Assembly: GCA_030704615.1 (NCBI GenBank)
Contig: CM060731.1
Coordinates: 16,244,001 to 16,308,000, forward strand
Reading direction: 5' to 3'
Source of the DNA: Takakia lepidozioides
Taxonomy: Eukaryota; Plantae; Bryophyta
DNA: 64,000 nucleotides
Part shown: one piece after another, positions 12,868 through 25,577 of the stretch
How positions within the stretch are numbered: the first letter of the stretch is position 1
Layout of the letters: each line of letters opens with the position of its first letter
Program-made: the position numbers and the translations under genes
Notes under the pieces: model-generated
Database searches by the model: none
Told to the model about the DNA's origin: nothing
Seen by the model: the letters and a program-made list of their open reading frames with translations, nothing else

Positions 12868-15236
12868 TTTGATTTCATTTTTCCACTTCTTCGTTGTTTC
12901 TATCGCATTCTTTACTTTGTGCGAGGATGGCGCGGTCAATGCCCTCCGCCGATTCTTGGAGGAGAGATGTCCAAAAGCAATATTGAGGGATGTTGACATC
13001 AAGATTTTGGTGGATCAGGGATATGATTCAAAACCTGCACTTCAAGCAGCCGTTGCTATGGGTTCATTCACCGGGATTCTTCCTTGGCCGAGGTGGTGTG
13101 GTGGACGTACTCGCCACGACATAAGGTCAATCTAAAGCTACCAAATGTATGTTTTCGTCTAATCCAAAGTGTTATGAGTTTTTAGGATGTTTTGAAACTG
13201 GCTGGCCTCTCTTTGGTCGAGGCTTCAACAATAGAAGCCTGCTAAGGATGTTCTCCTTCTAATAAGTGCATTTTGATTAATTGCCTTGATTTTTTTTTTT
13301 TGTGTCTTGGCATCTTCTTTTTCTTGTAGAAGAGGGTTGTCAGCTGGGGTTGCTAGCAACAATGTGACAGCAGCCTCAAAATCCCCTACAGACACTAATC
13401 TGCACAAAACAAACCCAAATTTCACAAAGCTAATAGTTTACAAGTATGCAATCCCCATTAGCCATCAAGATACATGCGACTGTATCTTTGCTCTATCTTA
13501 GTGTCTAACAAATGCAGGCTGAAACAAGCAGCACACAACAATGTTTGAACTTCACATCAAGGGGTTCAAATTTCTCCAAAACAAAGCTTAGCAATCCTTT
13601 AGCCACAAGATGAGAGTTATCTTATTGTCTTAACTCTGTGCCCCCAACCCCGCCCCGTCTCGCCCCACCCCACACTCGCCCTGACTTTATTTCTCTCTTT
13701 GTCGGTTACTAGGGTTTCAAACTTCATCTGATTTTGGCATTGTGTCTCATGTTTTGACTGCCTACGAGATTCCGTTAATCATTCCTTAGAATGGATCAAG
13801 CGTGTACTGTTGCTCCCACAGCTGCCGGAGCTCCCAAAGAATCCATGCATGTGACCTTACAATATTTCCTGAGCAACACGGAAAACTTCCTGTGACAATC
13901 GAACTCCACTCTAAAATCGTAGGCGAGTTTCCTGATGTGGCAGAAGAGTTTTTGTTCGTGGAAGCATGGTTCAGAGTTACCAGTGAATATATCAGGATTC
14001 TTGTGGGATGACATTACCGAGCCAAAGTCCGAGATGGAGGTATCAATGACAATCGGGAATTGCCTCAAGATGGTCTTCAAGTCATGTGATAAGTATAGCT
14101 CGCTTGCATTTTCTCCACAGTTCTTTTTCAATAAGACGGAAAAGAGTGCAGGTAATATTATGTCTACCACCGTAGTAAATCAGGCGAGGCCTAATGTGCA
14201 TGTTGTAGCGTCAGGATGCACCCTCTTTTTTGGTGAAGACAAGCAATTCGACTTGTATGCTGCTCAAGCGGATATTACGGCCAAGGTGAAACCACTTAAT
14301 GCAAGGTTTTACGAAGAGGTGCAATTCATTTTGGGCTACGTAGCTGCGGGTACAGTATTTTAGTGGGTTTACGTTGACGGGAGTGGAAAGCAGTTGTTTC
14401 CAATCCCTCCACGTCTTAACCTGGTAAGACACCGGACCGCTGCAAGTTTTTGTTAAGCATTGGCTACGCCCATCAGGTATTGAAGAAAATGGTGGACACC
14501 ATCCCAGTAATTGTAGGCCGCCGCGCGATGTTTTCTGATGATGTGGAAGAAGGTAGGACAATAGTATTCTTGGCTAACAGTGTTTAGAAGAGCATCAGGA
14601 ACTTTCGAAGTTACTCTAGTGTTCGGGCGATGGATTTTGAAGTAATCAAGAAAGTATACAATGTTGTGAAAGGGTGCCAGTTTCTTCCTCAGCCTTCAGC
14701 TGACGACTCCTTGCCTCCCTCATTATGTTCGGGAGGGCCTGGGTTGTCTATCTCCATGGGTGTTGGCTTGAGAGCTCGATTTAAGTCATTCGGGAACCTA
14801 CAGTATTGAGATGAGCCCTCTCGAATACACATTCACTTTGCGGTCTGAGCAGGATACTAGGATTTTGGCCAAGAGTGTGTGCAGAGCCTTGTTTGTCTTC
14901 CGTCAGGCGGGCCTCGTTCATAGGGATGTCCGACTAGCGAATATTGTGCAGGTTTCAGAGGAGCAGTTCATGCTCATCGACTTAGAAATAGTAGCAACAT
15001 CTCCTTTCAAACTCCCACAAAGATTCAAGTACTTTTAGGATTGGAGCGATGCCATGTTGGAGGGGTCCCCGTATACGCCCTCTTCATACTTGTATCAGCT
15101 TGGCAAAATTTTGGAAAATAGAAAGGACCTCATGAGGACACCATTAGCACACGAGTTTCTTACGGGGCTTGTTACCAAACGGTTGGATGCTGCAATGGCA
15201 CTGCAGGATCCGTGGCTTTTAAATCTTACGGGATAG
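12868..15236 (+). pseudogene. Crinkler (CRN)-like restriction-endonuclease-fold plus protein-kinase gene, disrupted
   Basis: RPNVHVVASGCTLFFGEDK...FILGYVAAG resembles the CRN REase motif RPD...FRGEEK...GYAA. Downstream kinase-like HRDVRLANIV and LIDLE. In-frame stops at about 14363 and 15038, plus frameshifts. Confidence 0.6.
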
Positions 15237-15411
15237 GTTTGTCCTTCCTCATCTTTGTTCTCGTGGTTGTTGTTGTAGATAATGCTCTTGTGGGTTCACT
15301 GCTTCTAGCCTACCATAATCGAACCACAATGTAAAACCAACCTTGCATTGTCAGTACGGGCTATCAGGGTGGCGTGATATGGGTTTGTGGAAATCTTTCT
15401 AGTTCAGTATA

Positions 15412-16160
15412 CCGTACTTACCTAGCTTATTAGGCAATAAGTAATTCAAAATTAAGTGCCTAATTAAATTTAGAATATTTTTGGAAAATGTGCCTAAAAC
15501 TTGGAAACAATTACGCAGAAGTGCCTAATTTCTCGAAAATTATGAAAAAATACCAAAATGTCCAAATACGTAGAAAAATGCCTAAAACGATGGTAAAAAT
15601 GCCTACAATTTAAAATTTCATGTCCACACAACTTCTAAAGGGCCCTGCATTGATGCAACTACATCCTCATAAGTCTCATCACCTATCTCATGTGAATCTT
15701 CTAAATCTAAGAGAATGTTAAGGTCAGGAACATGATCATCCTTGATATCCTTAAGAGAAAATTACCTCAACAATAGTTTTTGAGGGAGGTCAAAAACAAT
15801 GTTATTTTGTTATGGACGTTGTGCCTTTGGATAAGAACCGTAGATCCTTGATAAGAGTGGATGAATGTTTTCTCAAACCAACTATATTAAGGCTCAACAT
15901 AAGTCCGATCTAACAACTATGGAGAGGAGATCCCTATTTTCATAACACATATCTAGTCATGCCATTTTCAAGTGTAAATTTTTACAGAGCAAAGATTTCA
16001 TAACATTAAGGGTGACATAACAAAAAAAACAAGTAACATTTATCGAGGGTCGACTGTAATACATGCCTAATGTTTAGAAATTACCTAGGGGATCTGCCTA
16101 ATAATATTCTATTTTTATTAATTATTAGGCGCGGAAGTGCCTAATAAGCTAGGTAAGTAC
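15412..16160. mobile_element. MITE with about 23-bp TIRs (Tc1/mariner-pogo-like ends)
   Basis: TA|CCGTACTTACCTAGCTTATTAGGCA at 15412 versus TGCCTAATAAGCTAGGTAAGTAC ending 16160. Many internal TGCCTAA/TTAGGCA motifs. Confidence 0.7.
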
Positions 16161-16928
16161 CGTCCCTGGACAATCGTTTAGGAATTTTTGCGCCTAATAA
16201 TTATTTCAATCAATCAGACTGCTTAGGCACATTTCTCAAAGCATTTCTTACATTAGGCATCTTCATGCTATGTTTTTAGAATTAGGCACATGAGAAGAGA
16301 AAACATTTATTGTATGGACATGAATCTTATCTCTGGGTGGGAACAATGTGGGAGTTTACGGGCTTTTGAGCACACATTCCAGGGAGAAGCTATGCGAGCA
16401 AATTTTGTAACCAATTTGTTTGCAGTGAATGATGATTTGGTGAACGGGAATGCTCAAGTCACTCAAGATATCACTAATATCTACCTTGACCTTAGTGTAG
16501 AGGAAACTATGTGTAGATGTCTTGCAAATATGCACATTGAAAATGAGGATATCCCTGATCTCAATGTGGTGGACGAGGTAGATGGAGAGATCATGATGAT
16601 TAGCGAGGAGGATGAATATGATGACATTGTCGAGTCCATGTGGGGCCTTTCAAAGTTACATGGAGCTCTTGCACATAGATTGCGATTTGTAGGAAGTTAT
16701 TTCCGCACGCATATATTTGTATTTATTTTTGTTCGATGAAATTTTCATCGTATTACAAACAACATGAGAAGAGGCTTCCAAGTTTTTTGCTGGAATTTGT
16801 AGGCATTAAGTTAGGCACTTTGGTCCCATAGTTTCCAAACAATTTGGCCAAAATCTGAAAAATTCCCAGAATTGGTTAGGCACTTTCATTTTGAATTAAT
16901 TATCGCGTAAACGGTTGTCCAGGGATGG
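16160..16928. mobile_element. MITE with about 21-bp TIRs and a TA TSD
   Basis: TA|CCGTCCCTGGACAATCGTTTA ... TAAACGGTTGTCCAGGGATGG|TA, 2 mismatches. Confidence 0.8.
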
Positions 16929-18067
16929 TATTACTCACTTGTCAGAAGCACGCAGAATTCAGTGTGGTAGACATGATTATGTACGTGGATGCAGAACTCT
17001 GAAGTTGATTTCTGGCTCTCTAATGACAAATTCCCATGTTTACTGCTTCCGGCTTACGTGTTCGCTTTTTGAAGGTGAGTATTTGAATGAATATAATGAT
17101 ACACATTGTGTTCAGTGCGTAACATGTGTACAAATTTTCAAGAAATTTACTAACTTCGGTGGTCAATGTTTATTTCAGGTGTGGGAGAAGAGTGGTTACA
17201 GTACTGTTGAGTGGGTTCGCTACATTACAAGGGCTGGTTCATACGAAATTCGGTGCTGACAATTTGCCTTGGGTTGATTAGATTTGGAGAAATAGAATTT
17301 GTGGGTGGGTGGTCCACCTTTTTTTACCTCATTGTTGCATTGTATTGAAGGATATTATTAGGTTGTTCATTTCCGAACATATATTACAGCCTATAGATTC
17401 TGGGTCTACCCTAGCAGCAAATTTGAACGTTAGGCTATGTTATTAGTTGGGAAGTTTCTTCACTGAGGATCTGAGGACATGCTTGTCGCTGATTATGGCC
17501 CTACTACAGTCTACCCTCTATATGTGTTACACCTCGGGAGTAGAGGAAATGTAACACATATAGATATTTAACATCATAGAATAAGAATCTTTCAAAAATC
17601 ACACTTAAAGAAGGAACACTTATAGAGAGCTTGAAAACTGGAATGTAACACTTATGGGAAAAAAAAAGATTATATGTATTACATAGGGTCATCAACAACA
17701 AAGTAGGAATCCAATCCAATGTGGATTGTCGATAGTCTTGAACATGCAACTTAGTGATATCCTTATCCAAGGATCGGCATTTTTTTATCACCTTGGTGAC
17801 ATCTTTATCCCGTTGCTCTAAAAAACTATGAATATTGGCTAAACCCTCTCGAACAATTGAATAAGGCACACAAGGAATGTCAACTCCATCAAGCTGTCAC
17901 AAAATTGCTTATATTAATGAGAGCCCATTTCATTAGCTGACTGTTGCAATGATCACATTTTAGTGAAATTAAACAGCTGCTCATGTTAGTAATATCTGTT
18001 TCAGTAGCTGAATGTTTTAATGGTCCCATGTTAGTGGAAGTAAAGAATTTGAATGATTCCATGTTAA

Positions 18068-18859
18068 CCCCTAAAAGGACGACGCGACCCGAATCGGGTC
18101 GCGTCAGATTACTTGCCACGCTCCAGTTCCCATGGATTATAGTGGATGGAAGTGAACCTTGAAGATGAATTGTAGGTGTCAGAGAGAGGCATATGTGGGA
18201 ATTTACAGCGCCAAAAAATCATAAAAGCTCTGCTCCCTAGAATTTTGCAAAGTGCCAGGGTTTTAGGAAATCCAATGTTAGAGCACCACTGAACTGCCTA
18301 CGTGGCAGCCCAAATGAGCAATCTTCGAGATAACATCTAGGGCTGAAAATTTATCATAGTGCCAAAATTTGTGGACAAGGAATCATGAAATGTTACTGTG
18401 CACTACTTACCCGAGGAATTGGAAAACAAATGTCACCTGATGGGTGTACTTGGGAAAGAAGCCAAAACAAGATAATTTACCCCCCAGATTTCACATACAA
18501 AGTAGCCTATCTGAATTTTTGGAATTTTGGTCTGATTTTTTGGGGAGGCAGTAGGTTAGGTGCCATATAATCAGATTATGGAGGGCCTTTGTCTGGAAAG
18601 ATTCAACTCAATACTTCAATTTTGTGGTCAAACATTTTTTTCCATGCAATTTTTGAATATATTTACAAATTGGGGCATATTAGTTTGTTATAATCTCCCG
18701 AATGCAACGGTCAATTTGCCTATATTTAGGACATGGATCTAGTAGATATGCACATAAGTATAAGGTTCATCCCCATGGATGATTAGGGGTAACACCCTCG
18801 TCCATAAGGGTACGCACCCTTTTTAGTGGGCCCACCAAAAATAGCTCGTCCTTTAGGGG
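18068..18859. mobile_element. piggyBac-like non-autonomous element 1
   Basis: TTAA|CCCCTAAAAGGACGA ... TCGTCCTTTAGGGG|TTAA. Perfect 12-bp-stem palindrome at 18081-18105. Confidence 0.78.
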
Positions 18860-18954
18860 TTAAGTTCAATTAAAAGCTGACATGTTTAATTTGATATATG
18901 TCATGACTTTAAACTAAGTACTAGTCTTATATATATATGTTTGTTTGTTTGTTG

Positions 18955-19125
18955 TGTTTTTTTTTTTTTCGAGAACAGGGACATTGACCCTGAAGCTTTA
19001 TTTTTGAGGGGAAAAAATTAAAACCCTCAATTACACCATAAGGCACACACACCGTCGTCAGTGAAGGGGGGGAACTTGCTACTCATTCCAAGTATGATAC
19101 GATCTACCAAGCCCCACGGCCTTAA
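18955..19125 (-). repeat. Poly(A)-tailed retroposon 3' end (SINE/LINE tail), related copy at 37600-37810
   Basis: Poly-T followed by GGGG..AAAAATTAAAACCC...ACACCATAAGGCACACAC...TCAGTGA, shared with 37655-37720. Confidence 0.5.
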
Positions 19126-19951
19126 CCCTTAAGTTCCCAAGCGACCTGAATCAGGTCACTTTGAATTTGCAGTTCGACCTCATTTTTGCAGATCTAATCT
19201 GATGGGGCCCACTCCTGAAGCTTTAATGACAAGGGATTTGTCTTGAGTATGATGCAAAAAACAAAATTTAAAAAAAAAACAAAAGCTTCGACCTACAAAA
19301 AATATCTTAGATCTCTCATTTACGTTTTGGGGCCTGAAAAGGGCTTGTTGACCGCTGACGTGGCAGGTAAACAAGCCCAAAACAGATTGCACTCCAAAGG
19401 CCATTTTTGGCAGAAAATTAGCAATTTTGGAAAAAGCACTTCACCTTGTGGTGTGTGAGCATTACATACACACATCCACTGTTGGCTTTTAAAAAATTTG
19501 TAGAAAAAAAAGTACTTCATTTGGAGGCACGTTTTCTCTTGTCAATTTTGAGATTTCAACCCCCATGTAATTGCATGCATAGTAACCATAGATGAAAAAA
19601 TTAGTTGGACCTGCAATTTAGTGGGGTCATAGCTACTCCACTATTGATTTGGAAATGGTGGGTCTTGGGGAAAGCAAAATTGGGTAAAGCTAGGTTTTGA
19701 TTTGGTCAAACCAATTTCTTTCTCACTTTTTTTTTTGGGACCTGATATTTGAGGTCCGGGCCAACGCTATAATCTCACAATTTCCACGGTGGACTTGGCT
19801 CATTTTTTGGTATGTCATGCATAAATGAGCTGGGCCCACTGCTATAAGGCTGGAATCTCTGGATGGTTTTTGGTAGGTTTCTAGGGCAATTTACTGCAGC
19901 TGGGTACCCAAAATTGGTAAAAAGTCAAAAAAGGGCTTGGGAACTTGAGGG
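19126..19951. mobile_element. piggyBac-like non-autonomous element 2
   Basis: TTAA|CCCTTAAGTTCCCAAGC ... GCTTGGGAACTTGAGGG|TTAA, a 17-bp TIR with 1 mismatch. Subterminal palindrome at 19141-19159. Confidence 0.85.
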
Positions 19952-20962
19952 TTAAAACCAAACTTATGCAAAAAGATCAGTAAAAAATTAACACTTATCC
20001 AGGGCCATTTAGTAAAGGAGGGAGTAAAAAAATATCATAACACATAACACCTAACACTTGCTTTGTAAAATCTTTGGGAGTAAAAGAAAGATAACAGATA
20101 AAGAGGGTTAACAGATATGGAGGGAACATTTATCGAGGGTAGACTGTAGACTGTTCTCATGGTTCTAGCTCCCCATTGGTTGATCATGTGCAATCCCACA
20201 TTACCACACCCGATTTTCCATGGTAGACAGAAGCTTGCAGCGGCTACCATCACTAGCTTAGGCTTTTCGGGTGAGATTATCTGGTTCTGTCTGCAGTGTA
20301 TCTAACTGGCCTCTCATAAAGGCTGTGCAACTTCAGGGTGCTTTGGTGAGACTTGCTGCAGAACCATCAATTAACACAGATTTCGTCGGGCCGCAAAACA
20401 GTGATATTTCTTCTTCAGAAACTGTCCTCTGCTTAATTTCTTCTAGTCCCACCAGCTTACAGCCTTGACTTTCTTCTCCACAAGATTGTATTATGGTTGA
20501 TCCATACCAACATGGATTATGTCGGACAGAAGTTACCAAGGAGGATAGCTTTAGACTTCTTGTCGAGGATGTTAACATGTCAACCTCTGACTAGTCCAAA
20601 CGAATTCCCCTGAAGGGACTGGGCTACAAGCTGCACACAGGCATCACCATAATTTACCTAACTGCACTGAGAGGATCCACAACTGTGGATGCTTTGGATC
20701 GTCCTTGTTTTAGTATACAAATACTCTGCTCGTAGCAAAGAGTGCTCACTTGATGGACCCACAAGGTTCCTGTACAGGGCCCCCCAGCTTCCAGGGAGTG
20801 TATCGTTTACCACCACCGCATAAAATGTCAGTATGTAAGAATGGGATCACTAAATGCAGAATGAACAACTGTGATAGCCCGGCATCTAACTCCTGATTCA
20901 TTTAAGAGGGTTAGAAACCCATCTGAAGATTGGGCAGACACAAGTCAGGTCTCCAGCACCTG

Positions 20963-23900
20963 TCATGGAAGTGGCAAGCTGCCATGTGGTGACCCAGCTA
21001 ATTTCCTACTCAGACATCTGCTACATAATCCAATGCGTGCTTCAGGCTTGCCCACATCATCTATGCCCACATTGGTTGCCTCTGCTTGCCTCTGGTCTGA
21101 GCACTCACAAGCAGCTGACGAATCATTCACTGAACAACTTTTCAATTCTCTGCATTTACACTGAGCAATAGTGCATCTACCCATGTGTTTGTTGCTCCTC
21201 TCATGTGCTTCTCCCTCCTTCGTGGTCAAGCTATCCAGCACTGCACTAGCTGACTTCCGCAAGCCTGATTGCAACAAGGTAAAACAAAAATCTCTCTCGT
21301 CTGGAGATGATGAGCAGTTCTCATCACTCTTGCTATCAGACCCGATGGTACCATGGATGTTAGTGCCACCCCCTCCTCTGTCCCAAATCTTGTTGGCCCG
21401 CTTTCCACTGCGCTTATCCCAGCTATTAGACCGTTGCAACTTGGACGTCGAGCAGACCCCATCCGTGTCCTCCCCACTGTCATGCCCTCGAGGTTCCTGT
21501 GGGCTCGACACAGGCCCTACATCAGCTTCACTATCAGAACCCAGTACAAACTTGGCTGCTGAAGCAGTTCTCATCAATGGACCCCCTGCCCTGGTCCATG
21601 AGAGCTGATTCAGCTCCATGTTCTCATCACTGTCACTCCCATCATGGATAATACGTGCAGGCCTCAGCTTGTGCAGTGAGGGTCCCCCCCAGGGCCCACC
21701 TGCTTGCAGTGAGGCCTCAATACCATCCTCATCCAGTGAGCCCCAGGAGCTTTCACGTGCCAGACAGTTCCAGGATGGAATTCGTTTAGTGGCTGATGAG
21801 AAGCGACCAAAACTGCCAATTGAGGTTGAGAACAGTTGACCGCGCGGCCCTGCAAATCCACCGCACCGCTGTGCCTTGCGGCGGCGGCTGAGTTCTGACA
21901 ACCACTCATCCAGCATCAGCTCAATGCCACAGTTGGCCTGGATGGCCGACAACTTCGCCCACGTACGGCGCCGGCCTTGCATTACTGCCTTGCGCAGCTC
22001 CACTGGGTTAGGATTTGTTATGATCTTCGCAAACTGCCAAACAACCACCAACCCAAATTTTAAAAGGATGAGTCTTGGTAGAAACGAGCCAAACCAAGAC
22101 TGTACCAGCCACTGCCTTTGACAGCCATCCTCTGGTTCCATCTCTGGTCCCAGTTATGACATTGTGGGAGAACATATGAATGAGAAGCCTAATGGATATG
22201 CTATCAGCCTTTCTAAGAATCCTCACTTTCAGCAAACATCCCGCAGCGGTAAGCATTACTCAGACAACTTCTGGTGGTTTAGCATTCACCCCTCATTAAA
22301 CATTAGTGAGGAGCTTGCACTGGGTCAAAGCGTCTGTCTATAGAAACCAGCTCTTATATTCTCACAATGCCTTTTGGCGACTAGTATATTCAGCCAAAAA
22401 GGAACAACAAAGCCAAACCCTACTCAATCGATGGTTCAAAATATCACCCCCAAACTTTGACCAACTTTGACCAAAATGCAAGCAAGGTCATACCTGAGCA
22501 AAAGTGGCAGGCATGACAATGGTGACATCCCCTTCCCAGTCTTGGGCAAACAGCTTTGCCAGACCACCCATCTTAAACCCCATCTCCAACATCTGGTTGC
22601 ACCGATGCTTCACCTCCATCTCCACCAGTTGAGCCAACTGCACAGGCACTCCAACTCAGTTGCTGCTGTATACAGATATATGTATCAGACCAACCATATA
22701 TATACACATGTATATCAGACGATGTATATCATACCTCACACTAGCAAGTTAAAGATAGCTGCAGCTGCTGCATCCAAAGTCACCCTTGCCATAAACCCTG
22801 ACAACTTGTCATTCTGAAACAAGACTCGAACAGAAATGCAGGAAGACCCTGTTCATCACCCCATGCATGTGTCCCAAGAGGTATAAAGCCAGTGACACAG
22901 AGTAGGTGTCAAACTATGATTTGGAAAGTTGGTGGCCCTACTTTGCTTGGATGAGTTCCACTGAAATTATATTCAGGCGCCAATAGTTACGTGGTAACAA
23001 ATCAAGTAATGATCTGGGAAAGAAATTGTTGGATCAAACCCACATGCACATCTACGACAAAGACCAGCTCAGCTCACCTTGCCAGCAACATCTCCTCCAT
23101 AAGCACGCACAATTTCTTTGAATCGCAAGAGTGGTGCAATATGTGGGTTGGCCTGGCTAACAATAAAATGATTCACATTGAATAACTCCTTCAGCTGCAA
23201 CATGGGCAGGTCGCTTTCCAAGCTCCCATCACGCCACTGCCGGTTGCCGATTCCTGGCTCCTCCGGACCTACCTGTAGCACAATATTGTCAAAAACGGCA
23301 CAACCACGGAGGTCACTGCAGAACAATGACTGCCTAGGCCACGGCTGGGTGGGTTTGACATAACAATTCCCCCACCGGCCCATGTTTCTAAGTGTGCAAA
23401 TTGTAAACACTCAACAACTAAACACAGACCGTTTTCAAAAGTCATTGAGGTTCACAAGTGGCTTGAATTGATCCCAACAGGTACACTTACGCTCACATAA
23501 AGAGGTCCATGCTGATGTCATGAAAGCTGGAATTGAACCAGATGTCATTCTGAACAATATCCTTGTGGACATGTATGCCAAATGTGGGAGCATTGGGGAT
23601 GCAAAGGGAGTGTTTGAAGATATGGCTGAACAAAATGTGGTGTCATGGAATGCAATGATCGCAGCATGGATCTGGGGTGGAGGCTTTGGAGACATCAGCA
23701 AAATGATGTGGGAAGAGGTGAAGCCAGACCATATCACATTCATTTGTGTGTGCAATGCATGTGCCAGGCTGGCAGCACGGGAAAAGGGGAAACAGGTCCA
23801 TGCTGATGTCATGAAGGCTGGAATTGTACCAGATGTCATCCTGAATACTACCCTCGTGGATATGTATGCCAAATGTGGGAGCCTCAAGGATGCAAAGGGA

Positions 23901-25577
23901 TTGTTCGACAGTATGGCTGAATGAAATGTGGTGTCATGGAGTGCGCTGATCACTGGATACGTGCAGCATGGTCGTCATAGGGAGGCTCTGCAGCTATTTG
24001 AAGGCATGCTAAAGGAAGGATTGAAGCTGGACAGTATCACCTTTATATGCGTTCTCTCTGCATATAGCCATGCTGGCCAGCGTGGATGAAGGCAGACACT
24101 ACTTTGTTTCCCCGAGTGAAGATTGTGGTGTTATCAAGTCTGTATCACACTGACCTGTGGAGGCGTGTGATATGGCACCAAGCGACCGTGCCGGTCCTTC
24201 GCCATCAGCTCCTGGGCTTCAAAGAGGCCTGGAAAAGCACATGATGCAGTCACTGCACTCCAGATGACCACATGCGGGGACGTGAGATAGTTCAAGCACC
24301 GTGGTGGCTCATGCCTTCTGGGCGAACAAACTGAGATTCCAAGCACACGGCCTGACAGATCATAGGCCTCCTGGAATGTCAAATCTCCTATCAACTGCCG
24401 CATCTTTCTTTGCAATTGTCCAATTTCATGAACAGCACCCCGTGTTAGCAGGCGGTGTGCTGTTGCAAAGATGCTCCCCATGTTCTCAAAGAAATGCATG
24501 GGAGGCATCGGGTCGTCAAAAAAACTCTGCAGCTCAGACCAGGTGCGGGTGGCTGTGAAGGAGCAGATAATGGACCCCACACTAGCACCTGCAACAATCC
24601 GGGGGAGAAGGCGGTGCTCTATCAGAGTTCTTACAACCCCTAGATGGAAAGCACCTAATGCTGCTCCTCCACTGAGAAGGAGGGCGGTGCGGCCAAATCC
24701 ATGCCTGGTTTCATGAATGAAAGCAATCTTTTCGTCTGGAGTGAACTCATCTGAATCTGTCTCACACACCGCCCGTAGATGATACCTGACAGGAAAGCAA
24801 TTGGTATTTTAATGCCTCGAAGTTGCTGCAGAATTCAAGCAACGAACTAGTAAACTATAGTCCCCTTGGAGAATGCACCTTCACACTTTGGTAGAAAGTA
24901 TTCCCCTGGAGCACTGTCACCTGTAACTAGTTTGAAGATGAGGATTTTCTGAGGCTAGGACAGAAAGAGTAGTACCTGACTTCATTGATGTACTCTTGGA
25001 TGAGGCGAGGGGTTTGCAGACGGCCCTTGTGCAGCTCCGGATTGCACATGTTGCCCAGATTGCGTACCAGATCGGCACGCAAACAAAACAGAATGTCCTC
25101 CACGCTACCCTCCATCCGCCGCAAGCGCAGATCGTTGAGCTTGGCCCGTACAAGGTCCTCATCGTACAGGTCCGCATCCTTGCGCCGGTCGCGTTCCTTG
25201 TCCAGCATACTCGCGGAGTGAGCCCACTCATCATAGGTGAGGGCAGTTTGCATCAAATTGGACCAGAATTTGCGCCGATAAGCTCGCTCGGCTTTCTGGG
25301 AACCCAACTTGGCCCTTCTTAGGAGCATGGTAGCAGCAAGAGCGGCCACCAGCAACAAAGAGGGATTCCGTGGGTTCAGCCAGGAGAGTGCACCTCCCAA
25401 CCAAAAGAAGAGAAAATGCTTGAAGTGCCATCTGCGGAAGGCCTTGGAATAGAGAATAGCAACTACACCCTTCACCCACTTACAAAAGAGCACCCTCAGG
25501 GCAATAACCCGCTCCACCATTGTGGATGGCCCGATCGGAAACAACTCCAGCAATGCATCCTCGTCGTAGTCCATCAT
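20963..25577 (-). CDS. SDP1: Patatin-like triacylglycerol lipase SUGAR-DEPENDENT1
   Basis: Exons approx 25577-24976, 24786-24156, 23269-23078, 22636-22495, 22033-20963. [20 protein letters not shown], lipase motif [39 protein letters not shown]. The exact C-terminus is less certain. Confidence 0.92.
23500..24130 (+). pseudogene. PLS-class PPR gene fragment inside an SDP1 intron, antisense
   Basis: [17 protein letters not shown]...[19 protein letters not shown], then [12 protein letters not shown]. Stop at 23922-23924 and no start or E/DYW end. Confidence 0.85.

Noticed and set aside
16290-16739. 149-aa acidic ORF as a gene
   Set aside because: It lies inside a MITE and has no recognisable domain; at most a transposase remnant.
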